From Candidatus Blochmanniella floridana (GTDB lineage Bacteria; Pseudomonadota; Gammaproteobacteria; Enterobacterales; Enterobacteriaceae): a stretch of DNA of 32,000 nt. Both the position numbers and the translations under genes were made by a program. The stretch lies in assembly GCA_000043285.1 (NCBI GenBank), contig BX248583.1, positions 120,001 through 152,000 on the forward strand, in the 5' to 3' direction. The notes under the pieces are model-generated. The model made no database searches. It was not told the origin of the DNA and saw only the letters and a list, made by a program, of their open reading frames with translations. Positions 18,746 to 29,335 of the stretch are shown here, piece after piece. Positions within the stretch are counted from its first letter, which is position 1. Each line of letters begins with the position of its first letter.

Positions 18746-21700
18746 ATGCCGAAACGTACCGATATACGAAGTATTTTAGTATTAGGTGCTGGTCCAATTA
18801 TTATCGGTCAAGCATGTGAATTTGATTACTCTGGTACGCAAGCATGTAGAGCATTACGTGAAGAAGGATATAGGTTAATATTAGTTAATTCTAATCCAGC
18901 GACAATAATGACTGATCCTAATATGGCTGATGCTACTTATATAGAATCGATTAAATGGGAAATAATATATAAAATTATTAAAAAAGAACGTCCAGATGCA
19001 TTATTACCTACTATGGGCGGTCAGACTGCTTTAAATTGTGTTTTAGATTTAGATCGTCAAGGAATTTTAAAAGAATATAATATAATCATAATTGGTTCAA
19101 CAGTAGATGCTATTAATAAAGCTGAAAATAGAAAAAAATTTCAAGAATCTATAAAAAAAATTGGATTAGAGGTTCCAAAATCTGGTATAGCTTGTAATAT
19201 AGATGAAGCAATGTTAATTCTTGAAAATATTGGGTTACCATGTATTATTCGACCTTCTTTTACATTAGGAGGTAGCGGTGGAGGTGTAGCTTATCATGTT
19301 CAAGAATTTCAAAGTATTTGTCAGAATGGATTTCGTTTGTCTCTGAATCATGAATTATTAATTGATGAATCCTTAATTGGTTGGAAAGAATTTGAAATGG
19401 AGGTAATACGTGATCTTAATGATAATTGTATAGTTGTGTGTTCTATAGAAAATATAGATCCCATGGGAATTCATACAGGTGATTCTATTACCGTTGCTCC
19501 AGCTCAAACTTTAACTGATAAAGAATATCAAATTATGAGAAATGCATCGTTTATGATATTGCGAGAAATTGGAGTGAGATCTGGAGGGGCAAATGTACAA
19601 TTTGCGGTAAACCCAGATAATGGTCGTATTGTTATTATTGAAATGAATCCTAGAGTATCTAGATCTTCTGCTTTAGCTTCTAAAGCTACTGGGTTTCCTA
19701 TTGCGAAAATTGCTGCTAAATTAGCAGTAGGTTATACATTAGATGAATTGTCAAATGATACGACAAATGGTCGTATTCCTGCTTCTTTTGAACCTACCCT
19801 TGATTATGTAGTTACAAAGATTCCTCGTTTTGATTTTGAGAAGTTTCCTGGACAAAATAATAGATTATTAACTACCCAAATGAAATCAGTGGGTGAAGTT
19901 ATGGCTATTGGAAGAAATCAACAAGAATCTTTGCAAAAAGCAATGCGTGCTTTGGAAATAGAGGTATCTGGTTTTAATCCTAAAGTTCAGTTAAATAATT
20001 TTGATACGTTACAAATAATTATGTATAAGTTAAAGAACGCTAGTGATGATCGGATATGGTATATTGCAGATGCTTTTCGTTATGGTATGTCTATAGATGA
20101 GATTTTTAATTTAACTAATATTGATCGTTGGTTTTTAAGTCAAATTGAAGAAATAGTGCAATTAGAAAGTATTATTCATTCTCATGGTGTATCTTGGTTG
20201 GATAAAAAAAATTTGTTTTTTCTTAAACAAAAAGGATTTTCTGATATTAGATTAGGTCAATTAACAAATACTTCAGAAAACAAAATTCGTGCGCTGCGAT
20301 ATAGATATGGTGTGCATCCTACATATAAACATGTGGATGCTTGTTCGGCTGAATTTTCTACAGATACTGCATATATGTATTCTACTTATGATGATGAATG
20401 TGAATATGATAATCATAGTAATAATGAAGTGATTATGATTTTAGGGGGTGGACCTAATCGTATAGGACAAGGAATTGAATTTGATTATTGTTGTGTACAT
20501 GCAGCTATGACATTACGTGAAGAAGGATATACTGTAATGATGGTTAATTGTAATCCTGAAACTGTTTCTACTGATTATGATATATCTGATATTTTATATT
20601 TTGAACCAATTACATTGGAAGATATTTTAGAAATTGCTCGTGTTAATAAATTGAAGGGAGTTATTATTCAGTATGGAGGCCAAACTCCATTAAAGCTAGC
20701 TAAATCAATAGAGTCTTATGGGATACCTATTTTAGGTACAAGTTCTGATTCCATTGATCAAGCTGAAAATAGAGGTCGATTTCAAAGTACAATAAAGAAT
20801 TTAGGTTTGAAACAACCTAGAAATATTACTGTTACTTCTATTCAATTAGCTATAAAAAAGGCAGTAAATATTGGTTATCCTATTGTAGTGAGACCATCTT
20901 ATGTATTGGGTGGAAGGGCGATGCAAATAGTTTATAATGAAAAAGAATTATTGTATTATTTAAAAGACGCTATTCATGTATCTAATCATGCTCCTGTTTT
21001 GTTAGATCATTTTTTAGAAAATGCAATAGAAGTGGATGTAGATGTTGTGTGTGATGGTGAACATGTTTTCATTGGAGGTATTATGGAACATATTGAACAT
21101 GCAGGAGTACATTCAGGAGATTCAGCGTGTTCTTTACCAGCTTATACATTGAACAGAGAAATTCAAGATAAGATACGTCAGCAAGTAAAAAAGATAGCAT
21201 TAGGTTTTAATATTAAGGGATTAATGAATGTACAATTGGCTATTCAAAAAGATGAAATTTATATAATAGAAATTAATCCTCGTGCTTCTAGGACTATTCC
21301 ATTCGTTTCTAAAGCTATTAATGTACCTTTAGCAAAAGTTGGAACTCGTGTAATGATCGGTCAATCTCTATGTAACCAGAAAATTTTGCAGGAAATAATT
21401 CCTCCTTATTATTCAGTGAAAGAAGTAGTGTTACCATTTAATAAATTTTTAAATGTTGATCCAAAATTAGGTCCTGAAATGAGATCTACAGGAGAAGTTA
21501 TGGGAATCGGTAGAACGTTTGAAGAGGCGTTTGCTAAAGCAGTATTTAGTAGTCAATCGGATGTAAAAAAAAATAATTGTGTAAAAAATTGTATATTGTT
21601 ATCTGTTTCTGAACGAGATTCTAAGCAAGAAGTGGCAAATTTGGTTGTTCTTTTTTTAAAGAAGGGGTTTATATTGGAGGTGACTCGTAAGACTGCAGAT

Positions 21701-22012
21701 ATACTAAAGGATGTTGGTATGATTTCTGATATGGTTAGGCCTATTGATAATATAACTGAAGAATATTTGTTAAAAAAAATTAGAAGTGGTATATATAGTT
21801 ATATTATTGATACAACTTCTGCTCAAAATGTTTTAAAGAGTAACGATCTTTTGTTAAGAGGTATAGCTTTACGTAATGCTATTCGTTATAGCACTACAAT
21901 TAATGGTAGCTTTGCTATAGCTATGTCTGTTGCTGAGGATGCTACAAAATATGTGAGTTCAATACAGGATATACATTATAAATTAATAAATTGTATGAGT
22001 ATAAATATATGA
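18746..22012 (+). CDS. carB: Carbamoyl-phosphate synthase large subunit
   Basis: 1088 aa and near-identical in long blocks to E. coli CarB: [27 protein letters not shown], duplicated ATP-grasp halves, and a C-terminal MGS-like domain. Confidence 0.97.
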   Translation: MPKRTDIRSILVLGAGPIIIGQACEFDYSGTQACRALREEGYRLILVNSNPATIMTDPNMADATYIESIKWEIIYKIIKKERPDALLPTMGGQTALNCVLDLDRQGILKEYNIIIIGSTVDAINKAENRKKFQESIKKIGLEVPKSGIACNIDEAMLILENIGLPCIIRPSFTLGGSGGGVAYHVQEFQSICQNGFRLSLNHELLIDESLIGWKEFEMEVIRDLNDNCIVVCSIENIDPMGIHTGDSITVAPAQTLTDKEYQIMRNASFMILREIGVRSGGANVQFAVNPDNGRIVIIEMNPRVSRSSALASKATGFPIAKIAAKLAVGYTLDELSNDTTNGRIPASFEPTLDYVVTKIPRFDFEKFPGQNNRLLTTQMKSVGEVMAIGRNQQESLQKAMRALEIEVSGFNPKVQLNNFDTLQIIMYKLKNASDDRIWYIADAFRYGMSIDEIFNLTNIDRWFLSQIEEIVQLESIIHSHGVSWLDKKNLFFLKQKGFSDIRLGQLTNTSENKIRALRYRYGVHPTYKHVDACSAEFSTDTAYMYSTYDDECEYDNHSNNEVIMILGGGPNRIGQGIEFDYCCVHAAMTLREEGYTVMMVNCNPETVSTDYDISDILYFEPITLEDILEIARVNKLKGVIIQYGGQTPLKLAKSIESYGIPILGTSSDSIDQAENRGRFQSTIKNLGLKQPRNITVTSIQLAIKKAVNIGYPIVVRPSYVLGGRAMQIVYNEKELLYYLKDAIHVSNHAPVLLDHFLENAIEVDVDVVCDGEHVFIGGIMEHIEHAGVHSGDSACSLPAYTLNREIQDKIRQQVKKIALGFNIKGLMNVQLAIQKDEIYIIEINPRASRTIPFVSKAINVPLAKVGTRVMIGQSLCNQKILQEIIPPYYSVKEVVLPFNKFLNVDPKLGPEMRSTGEVMGIGRTFEEAFAKAVFSSQSDVKKNNCVKNCILLSVSERDSKQEVANLVVLFLKKGFILEVTRKTADILKDVGMISDMVRPIDNITEEYLLKKIRSGIYSYIIDTTSAQNVLKSNDLLLRGIALRNAIRYSTTINGSFAIAMSVAEDATKYVSSIQDIHYKLINCMSINI

Positions 22013-22059
22013 TACAGAATGTTAAGAGTTATTATACTATATAGTATTATATAGAAGAT

Positions 22060-22566
22060 ATGATTATTAGTTTAATTGCAGCATTTACGATAAATTATGT
22101 TATTGGTAGGAAAAATATTATTCCGTGGTATTTTTCATGGGATATGATGTGGTTTAAGTATCATACGATGTATAAGCCGGTGATCATGGGTCGTAAAACA
22201 TTTGAGTCTATGAATAGTAAACCATTACCATATCGATTAAACATTGTGTTAAGTAAACATCATATATTATATAATAATAAAATTCATAACATTTTTATTG
22301 CATGTAATCCTATTCAAGCATTGTCTGTAGTACAAAAAAATGATGAAGTTATGATTATTGGGGGGGGGTTGGTATATAATGCGTTCATGTCACAATGTAC
22401 ACGTATGTATTTAACTAAAATTGATGTTGTTTATAATTATGGAGATAGCTGGTTTCCTAGCTATAATCCTAATGAGTGGTGTGTAGTTTATAATACTAAT
22501 AAGAAATGTGTCATCAATACAGGATATACTTATAACTTAAATTTTCAAATTCTTGACCGTACTTAA
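22060..22566 (+). CDS. folA: Dihydrofolate reductase
   Basis: 168 aa. MIISLIAA matches E. coli MISLIAAL, KPVIMGRKTFES matches KPVIMGRHTWES, and IIGGGLVY matches VIGGGRVY. Confidence 0.9.
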   Translation: MIISLIAAFTINYVIGRKNIIPWYFSWDMMWFKYHTMYKPVIMGRKTFESMNSKPLPYRLNIVLSKHHILYNNKIHNIFIACNPIQALSVVQKNDEVMIIGGGLVYNAFMSQCTRMYLTKIDVVYNYGDSWFPSYNPNEWCVVYNTNKKCVINTGYTYNLNFQILDRT

Positions 22567-22589
22567 ATTGTATGATATATTAATTTAAG
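22562..22589. terminator. Small hairpin at the convergent folA/apaH junction
   Basis: CTTAAATT (22562-22569, containing the folA TAA stop) pairs with AATTTAAG (22582-22589) across a 12-nt loop. The stem is only 8 bp and almost all A/T, so it could arise by chance. Confidence 0.2.
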
Positions 22590-22621
22590 AATTGGTGATT
22601 TTAAGTGATAAAATGAAAAGT

Positions 22622-23440
22622 TTATAAACACGATTGTCGTATAAATTTTTTATCTTCCCATCTAAGTAAAGTTAATTTCCCTCCCCAACAACAACCAGAA
22701 TCTAAAGCATAGATTCCAGTAGGAGTAATAGTGTTTTTTAATGATGCCCAATGACCAAATATTATACTATATCCGGTAGAATTTTTTATGTTCGATATAT
22801 TGAACCAAGGGTATATATTTTGGGGAGCTTTTGTTGGTATATCTTTATATTCTAAATTTAATGTACCATTTTTATAGATATAACGCATTTTGGTAAAGTA
22901 GTCGACATTACTTTGTATTTTTTTTATTTTATTAATATTGTTAGTATTTAATGTATGAATGTTATTATTTAATGTCTGGATAAATAAAAAACTGGGATTA
23001 TTACTAGTTAAAATATTTTCTATTTCGCGAGCGTATAGCTGCGTTTGATTAATATTCCACATTGGATTTATGCCTGCATGGCTCATTAATAGTTTTTGGT
23101 TTGTATTAATGTGTAGAATAGGTTGATGACGTAACCAATATATTAATTCGTTTATGTCTGGTGCTTTTAAAATAGAATTGAAACAATTATTAAATTTTTT
23201 ATCTTTTTTTTTACAGTAATATGTTTTAATTAAATATAAATCATGATTTCCTAAAACAGTACAGGCACTCGATTTTAAGCTTTTTATTAATCGCAGTACT
23301 TCAAGTGAATTTGGGCCTCTAGCAACCAAATCTCCAGTTAAATAAAGAAGATCAATATTTGGATCAAAATTTACAGAATCTAATATTTTTTTTAAATTTG
23401 TATAACAACCATGCACATCTCCAACAAAGTAAGTAGACAT
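22622..23440 (-). CDS. apaH: Bis(5'-nucleosyl)-tetraphosphatase (symmetrical)
   Basis: MSTYFVGDVHGCY...LTGDLVARGP...GNHDL...GHWASL...ALDSGCCWGGKLT.LRWEDK is collinear with E. coli ApaH (MATYLIGDVHGCY). I prefer the ATG at 23440, because the ORF-track start at 23455 is a TTG that adds 5 non-homologous residues. Confidence 0.9.
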   Translation of the reverse strand: MSTYFVGDVHGCYTNLKKILDSVNFDPNIDLLYLTGDLVARGPNSLEVLRLIKSLKSSACTVLGNHDLYLIKTYYCKKKDKKFNNCFNSILKAPDINELIYWLRHQPILHINTNQKLLMSHAGINPMWNINQTQLYAREIENILTSNNPSFLFIQTLNNNIHTLNTNNINKIKKIQSNVDYFTKMRYIYKNGTLNLEYKDIPTKAPQNIYPWFNISNIKNSTGYSIIFGHWASLKNTITPTGIYALDSGCCWGGKLTLLRWEDKKFIRQSCL

Positions 23441-23553
23441 TTTTATAATAAACAACTTTTATTGAATTAATTAATTCGTATAAATTATTATATATATTAT
23501 AACATGTAATTTAATATATAAACAGTATGTGTAATTATGGTAATATTTTGAAA

Positions 23554-24369
23554 TTAATTTAAGTTATATTTATGGTGCAATATAGTCGTGAGTTTGCAGA
23601 ATTGTTGAATAGTAAGATTTTCTGCTCTTGATTCTGTATTAATTCCACATTGTATTATTTCGGTGGAGTTAAGTAAAGAAGATAAACTGTTGTGAATTAT
23701 TTTACGTCTCTGATGAAAGGCAAATTTGGTTAATAAAGATAATAATGAAATATTAACAGTAGGATAAGGATTATTTGTATGATATGGGATGAATTGGACT
23801 ATCATAGATTCTACTTTTGGGATAGGAATAAAGGATTTTTTTGGTACTTCTAGTAGTGCTTGTACTTTGCAGTAATATTGAGCGAATATACTTAGTCTGC
23901 CATATGCTTTATTATTAGGTTGTGCTACAATTCTTTGAGCTACTTCTTTTTGTAACATAAAGTGCATGTCATGAATAATATTTATGTATTTATATAAATG
24001 TATAATTAATTTGGTAGAAATATTGTATGGTAAATTTCCTATTAATCTAATTTTTTGATTAGGATTGGTTAATAATTTAGAAAAATCAATTGTCATGGCA
24101 TCTTTATTAAAAATTTTTACTTTTTTGGATGTAAATGTATGAAGAAGTCTGTTAACTAAATTAGGATCACGTTCTATTAATATTAGGAAATCAATGATAT
24201 CTGATATCGGTTTGGTTAAAGCTCCTAAACCGGGTCCAATTTCTATTACATTCTGGTATTTTTTAAGATTGAGAATACTAATGATAGAATGAATTATATT
24301 TTGATCTTTTAGAAAAATTTGTCCCCATTTTTTTTGTATTACATGGTTTTTATAATATTTTTTTTGCAT
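23554..24369 (-). CDS. rsmA: 16S rRNA (adenine1518/1519-N6)-dimethyltransferase
   Basis: 271 aa. KKWGQIFLKD matches KRFGQNFLND. The SAM motif EIGPGLGALT, NLPYNIST, MLQKEVAQR and NQRRK-like HQRRK are present. The ATG at 24369 overlaps the pdxA 3' end by 20 nt. Confidence 0.93.
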   Translation of the reverse strand: MQKKYYKNHVIQKKWGQIFLKDQNIIHSIISILNLKKYQNVIEIGPGLGALTKPISDIIDFLILIERDPNLVNRLLHTFTSKKVKIFNKDAMTIDFSKLLTNPNQKIRLIGNLPYNISTKLIIHLYKYINIIHDMHFMLQKEVAQRIVAQPNNKAYGRLSIFAQYYCKVQALLEVPKKSFIPIPKVESMIVQFIPYHTNNPYPTVNISLLSLLTKFAFHQRRKIIHNSLSSLLNSTEIIQCGINTESRAENLTIQQFCKLTTILHHKYNLN

Positions 24370-25369
24370 TGTTTTTTATCATATTGATAGCTGTTTTAAT
24401 AGCTATAATCATACTGTTACATTTCACTACACCTGATTCTGATAGATTGATTGCACTACCATGATCTACAGAGGTTCTAATAAAAGGTAGTCCCAATGTA
24501 ATATTAATGGATTTTCCAAATCCAGAATATTTGAGAACCGGCAGTCCTTGATCATGATACATAGCTAATATAACATCGGCATGACTTAAATATTTTTTTT
24601 GAAAAATAGTATCTGCTGGTAATGGTCCTATAATGTGACAATGATTATTTTTTTGTTTTAAATGATTCAAGGTAGGTATAATTATTTTAATTTCTTCTTG
24701 TCCTATATAACCAGATTCTCCTGAATGTGGATTGAGGCCGCATACATAGATTGTTGGTTTTAAAATGTTAAAATATTTTTGTAATCCTTGAGTTAAAATA
24801 GTTATGGAGTCGATAAGAGACTTTTGAGTAATATATGAAGATACGGCAGATATAGGAATGTGAGTAGTAACTAGAGCAACACGCATTTTTTTATTACTTA
24901 ACATCATGATTGTTTTTTTACATTTACTAATTTTTGCGAGCCATTCAGTATGTCCAGAAAAAGATATTCCACCTTGATTGATAATAGCTTTATTTACAGG
25001 ACCAGTAACTAAAGCTGAAAATTCTCCATTAATACATCCATATGCTGCTCGATTTAGTGTTTTTAAAACATAATGATTATTAGTAGTATCTAATTGTCCT
25101 GGAGTAACAGTGTTTGCTAATGGTATGTGTAATATAGATGCTGAGTGAGATTTATAAGATGTAGTTGTATTTATATAATAAGGTTGTAATGTTAATGGTA
25201 GTTGTAGTTTTTTTGCTCGATCTAATAATAAATTAAGATCTGCGCATATAACCAGTTCTACTGGCCATTTTTTTTGAAGAGCCATAATAACTATGTCGGG
25301 TCCGATTCCAGCGGGTTCTCCTGGAGTAATAATAATACGTTTTCTTTTTTGGTTATAGTATTGATTCAT
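24350..25369 (-). CDS. pdxA: 4-hydroxythreonine-4-phosphate dehydrogenase
   Basis: ITPGEPAGIGPD, TGPVNK, GHTEW, CGLNPHSGE, MYHDQGLPVLKY and ITLGLPFIRTSVDHG match E. coli PdxA. The preferred ATG at 25369 lies 1 nt after the surA stop. The ORF track starts 3 codons earlier at a TTG (25378). Confidence 0.93.
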   Translation of the reverse strand: MNQYYNQKRKRIIITPGEPAGIGPDIVIMALQKKWPVELVICADLNLLLDRAKKLQLPLTLQPYYINTTTSYKSHSASILHIPLANTVTPGQLDTTNNHYVLKTLNRAAYGCINGEFSALVTGPVNKAIINQGGISFSGHTEWLAKISKCKKTIMMLSNKKMRVALVTTHIPISAVSSYITQKSLIDSITILTQGLQKYFNILKPTIYVCGLNPHSGESGYIGQEEIKIIIPTLNHLKQKNNHCHIIGPLPADTIFQKKYLSHADVILAMYHDQGLPVLKYSGFGKSINITLGLPFIRTSVDHGSAINLSESGVVKCNSMIIAIKTAINMIKNNAKKIL

Positions 25370-25370
25370 G

Positions 25371-26651
25371 TTAATCAATAAGTTTAATGTATGATTCAGA
25401 TTTTAATTCGTGAATCCATTCATCTAAAGTTGTATTAAATTTTTGATTCAGTAAATGTAAATAAGCACGTTCACGTATTGTTTCAGAATAATTGAATTTA
25501 TTAATATCTATTAATTTTATTATACACCATCCATTAGAAGTATATTCCGGCATGCTGATTTGATTTTTTTTTAAAGTAAGCAGGGTATGTTGTAAATTGA
25601 TGTCGATACAGTCTAAATCTATCCATTCTGGTGAGTTTTCATCATTTTTAAAATAAAAATCTTTTGATTGTTCTTGAGCAATTGTGTTAAATGTAGTATT
25701 ATGGTTCTCAAGTGCTTCTTTAATTTTTAATAATTGTTTTTTAATATGTATGTTTTTTTCTTTATGTTTTGAGTAAAAACCATTAATTTTTACTTTAATA
25801 ATAGGAAATACAGTAGGTTTAGTACGTATATCTTGTATTTTTAGAATATGGATGCTATCAAAAGAATGAATGGGTCCAATAATATCCCCTGGTTTTGCCG
25901 TTTGTAAATATTGATCAAAGATAACTGGTAGATTTTTCCATGCAGTCCACGGTTGGATATGTGTCGTTATTCTTGGAAAAATATTATTATTGTAGTATGA
26001 AGATATGATGTTTTGTATATTATCATGTAATTCTTTTTTCTTTGATAATTGTTCTGCAAAGTTATTTAAAATATTTATTTGTGTTGTTTCTGCTGGTATA
26101 GGTAATTCAATAATGGTGTGTATGAATTTAAATTGTTTGTGAAAATTAATGAAACTTAATTTCTGAGCAGTTTGATTGATTTCATGTGTAGATATTTTTA
26201 TGCGTTGAGATATGATATGATTACATATAAGTTTATTGAGAATATCTTGATATATTTCTGAATAGTATTGTTTAAAATTTAATCCTAAATTATGTTGTAA
26301 ATACATTAAAAATTGATTCTTTGTCATATTACGGCAATGAGCAACATAATTAATAACTTGATCAATATTATTATGGTCAATTTGGACATTATTTTTAGTG
26401 GCTATTTGTGCGATTAAATTGTTTATAATGAGTTGGTCTAAAATTTTTTGATATAATTTTGTGTTTTCTAAGGAAAATTGATCAGAGTGTAATATATCTT
26501 TTTTTAAAATATTGATTTTATTGAAAACGTCACTTTTTAAAATAATGTTTTGATTAACTAATGCTGCAATTCTATCTATAGTATTTAAGGTACTGTAGAT
26601 TGTATTGATTTTTAGTGTCAGTATTACAAATAATATTCGGAAAAATTTCAT
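25371..26651 (-). CDS. surA: Periplasmic chaperone SurA
   Basis: 426 aa against 428 in E. coli, with an N-terminal signal-like MKFFRILFVILTLKINTIYS. IDRIAALVNQNIILKSDV matches VDKVAAVVNNGVVLESDV, and AKPGDIIGPIHS matches AKKGDIVGPIRS. It sits in surA-pdxA-rsmA order. Confidence 0.85.
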   Translation of the reverse strand: MKFFRILFVILTLKINTIYSTLNTIDRIAALVNQNIILKSDVFNKINILKKDILHSDQFSLENTKLYQKILDQLIINNLIAQIATKNNVQIDHNNIDQVINYVAHCRNMTKNQFLMYLQHNLGLNFKQYYSEIYQDILNKLICNHIISQRIKISTHEINQTAQKLSFINFHKQFKFIHTIIELPIPAETTQINILNNFAEQLSKKKELHDNIQNIISSYYNNNIFPRITTHIQPWTAWKNLPVIFDQYLQTAKPGDIIGPIHSFDSIHILKIQDIRTKPTVFPIIKVKINGFYSKHKEKNIHIKKQLLKIKEALENHNTTFNTIAQEQSKDFYFKNDENSPEWIDLDCIDINLQHTLLTLKKNQISMPEYTSNGWCIIKLIDINKFNYSETIRERAYLHLLNQKFNTTLDEWIHELKSESYIKLID

Positions 26652-26700
26652 GATGTAATGTTACTACAAATAATATTATAATTATATGTTTGTATTTGTA

Positions 26701-29157
26701 TTAAACCATATCTTGATAAGGTATCATATTAAATTTTAAAATTTTAGCAGGGTTTTGACGAGAGTTGAAAATTAAATTATATATATTTAAATGTAATTGT
26801 ATTTTATTATCATATATATTAGATTGAGTTGAGCTAATCCAATCGATTATTTTACGTTCAAAAAATATACTAAAAATCCAACATGGAGTGAAGTATTGGA
26901 TTCCTATAGCTTGATCGATAATATGATTTAAATTAGTATTATGATATTGTACATAACTTATTGTCCAATGATTTATTAATGGATAGTAAGTAGTAATACC
27001 TAATTGTGAAATTTTTTTGCAGTAAATTGATTTATTGTAATGTGTAAAATTTTCTTGAAAGTATTGTGAATCAATATATCTGTAATTTATACGAAATATT
27101 TGGTTTTTTTTTCCTCGAAAATTTAATGTAGAATGGCCAGAAAATAATTTATGGGTTGGTATATAATATTGTATTTCAGAATGTGTATTCCAATAATCAT
27201 TAATGTTCCAATGTACTATTGCTGAAAGTAATGTAGTATTAGGTATATTGAAATATGAACGTTTTTTTGAGTTTATATAATTTATAATATTACGTTGAGT
27301 TAAATTTAGGATATGACCTAAAGATATATAAAAGGTTTCAGTATTTTTTTTAAAAAAACGTGATGTTATATTAGTTGTAATTTGGTTATTAGGTCCAATT
27401 CGGTCTAACCCGCTATATATTGTACCATGAAATAAAGTGTTATGATTGATATAAATCATTTTTGTGTCATACATTCCAATATTTTTTTGGAAACAATATG
27501 GAATATATAAATATTGTATTTTTGGCTCTAAGAAGTGTTTATATTTTTTATTAATATTTGATTTTTTTTTGAAAAATGTTTTTCCTTGTATTTTAAATTG
27601 CGGGATAATACGAGTAATTGTATGTTTTAAATAAGATGTTGAATATGTTTGCATGTTGTGGCAATGAGTATTATTTTGTTGATAATGAGTAATATGTAAT
27701 TTTGATTCAGCGGTTAAATAACCCCAGAAATTTTTAATTGTACATGTTATATTTGGTTCTGTATGTATTCGAGTGGATATGGGATAAAAATCATTTGATG
27801 GTACAAATCTTGATATTTGATTGAAAATTTGAAAATTAATTAATTTGTTTGGTCGTTTAATACTAGAGTAGAAATGTAATTCCAGTTGAGGGGCTGCGGT
27901 ATAAGTACAATGTTTTTGTATTGGGTTTTTTAAAAAAGAATATGAGGTTCCTAAGTAAGTAATACTAGTTTTCCAATGTTTATTATTATAGTAAAATAAG
28001 AATTTTTGATTTATATAATTATAAGTAGGATGCATATTATTGTGTTTAATTTTATTGAAGTAAGATAAATGATTGTTATTAAAGTGGTAATCTATATTAC
28101 AATGCCAGTTATTATGCATAAAACTATCGTGTTTCCAATGTAATCGATAAGATTTATTAATATGATTATAGTTTTTTTTTGTGTATTTTTGTAGAATATC
28201 AAAATTTATGATACCTGTTCCGACTGGTTTATGGGAATAATATATTTGTGTTTGTAATTTAATTCCAGATTTAGATAGGTAATATGGAGAAATGTGACCG
28301 TAGTAGTATTTTGAAAAAATTAAAGGAAATGGAATTTTTAATATTAATCCATTTTTGTGATTGTATCTAGTGTTAGGAATGTAAGATTGTAATATGTTTT
28401 TGTTATTTAACGAAAATGATAAATAAGGAAGATAGAATATTGGTATTTTTTTTATTTTAAAGCAGGCATTCCAAATATCTATGTTATTTTTACGATGATT
28501 ATAAATAATTTGTGATCCGTGTACATTCCAAGAATTGTTATCTATGGTGCAAGTAGAGAATTTTCCTTGATTGATAATAGTGTAGTGGTTATTTGTATTA
28601 TGAATTATAGATGATGATTGACCATAAATATGCGATTTGCATATGTAATATGCACCATGGTAAATTTTTGTATTTTTTTTATTTAAATCAAAACAAGCAG
28701 ATGATCCTTTTATGGAAATGTAATTATTTTGATAACAAACGTTGCCTTTAGCATATAATTTTGATGTATATAATGAATGATGATGCTGATTATATAGAAT
28801 TGTTAAGTTATCAGATGTAATAAGGTTGTTATCTTGTTTGATATGTACATTACCTATTAGTTGAATGTAGTTGGGGTAGTTAATTGTAATATTATTTGAT
28901 TGAGCATATATTGTTATGTGTTGTTGATTATTAGAGTATTTATTATAATTATTATCAGATGCAGTGTATAGTTTAGGTGCATGGTCTGAGTATTTGTGAG
29001 AATTATCATGGGTATGGGATATCTGTATGTAACAGAATATTATTCCAATGAAATTGATATAAGCTAGGTTAAGACAAAAATTTAATATGATTAATTTATT
29101 CAATTGAATAATGTAATAATGTATTGTGTATTTATAAAGTATATTATAAATAGTCAA
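26701..29157 (-). CDS. lptD: LPS-assembly outer membrane protein LptD (Imp/OstA)
   Basis: Collinear with E. coli Lpt[22 protein letters not shown] matches [33 protein letters not shown] matches [31 protein letters not shown] matches GLDRIASANQVTTGVTSRI, and NMIPYQ matches NILPYQ. The start is uncertain. The ORF-track start at 29157 is a TTG. A second TTG at 29103 would give [23 protein letters not shown], a more signal-peptide-like N-terminus. Confidence 0.85.
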   Translation of the reverse strand: [818 protein letters not shown]

Positions 29158-29335
29158 ATAGTATAAATATATATTTCTGTATGTGATTTGTAGTAAGTGA
29201 TAATTTTATATGTAATTTTATTTAAATAATTTATTTGTATATACTGATAGTAGAGTTATTGAAATAATATATAATATGTATTTGAAATACATCATATTTT
29301 TGATAGGTGATTATAGTGCCGTAAGTAATAATTTT

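Noticed and set aside
29279-29295. ATGTATTT-G-AAATACAT hairpin downstream of leuD as an operon terminator
   Set aside because: The 8-bp all-A/T-dominated stem has a 1-nt loop, which is effectively a 6-bp stem. It has no convincing U-tract on the - strand and cannot be distinguished from background.
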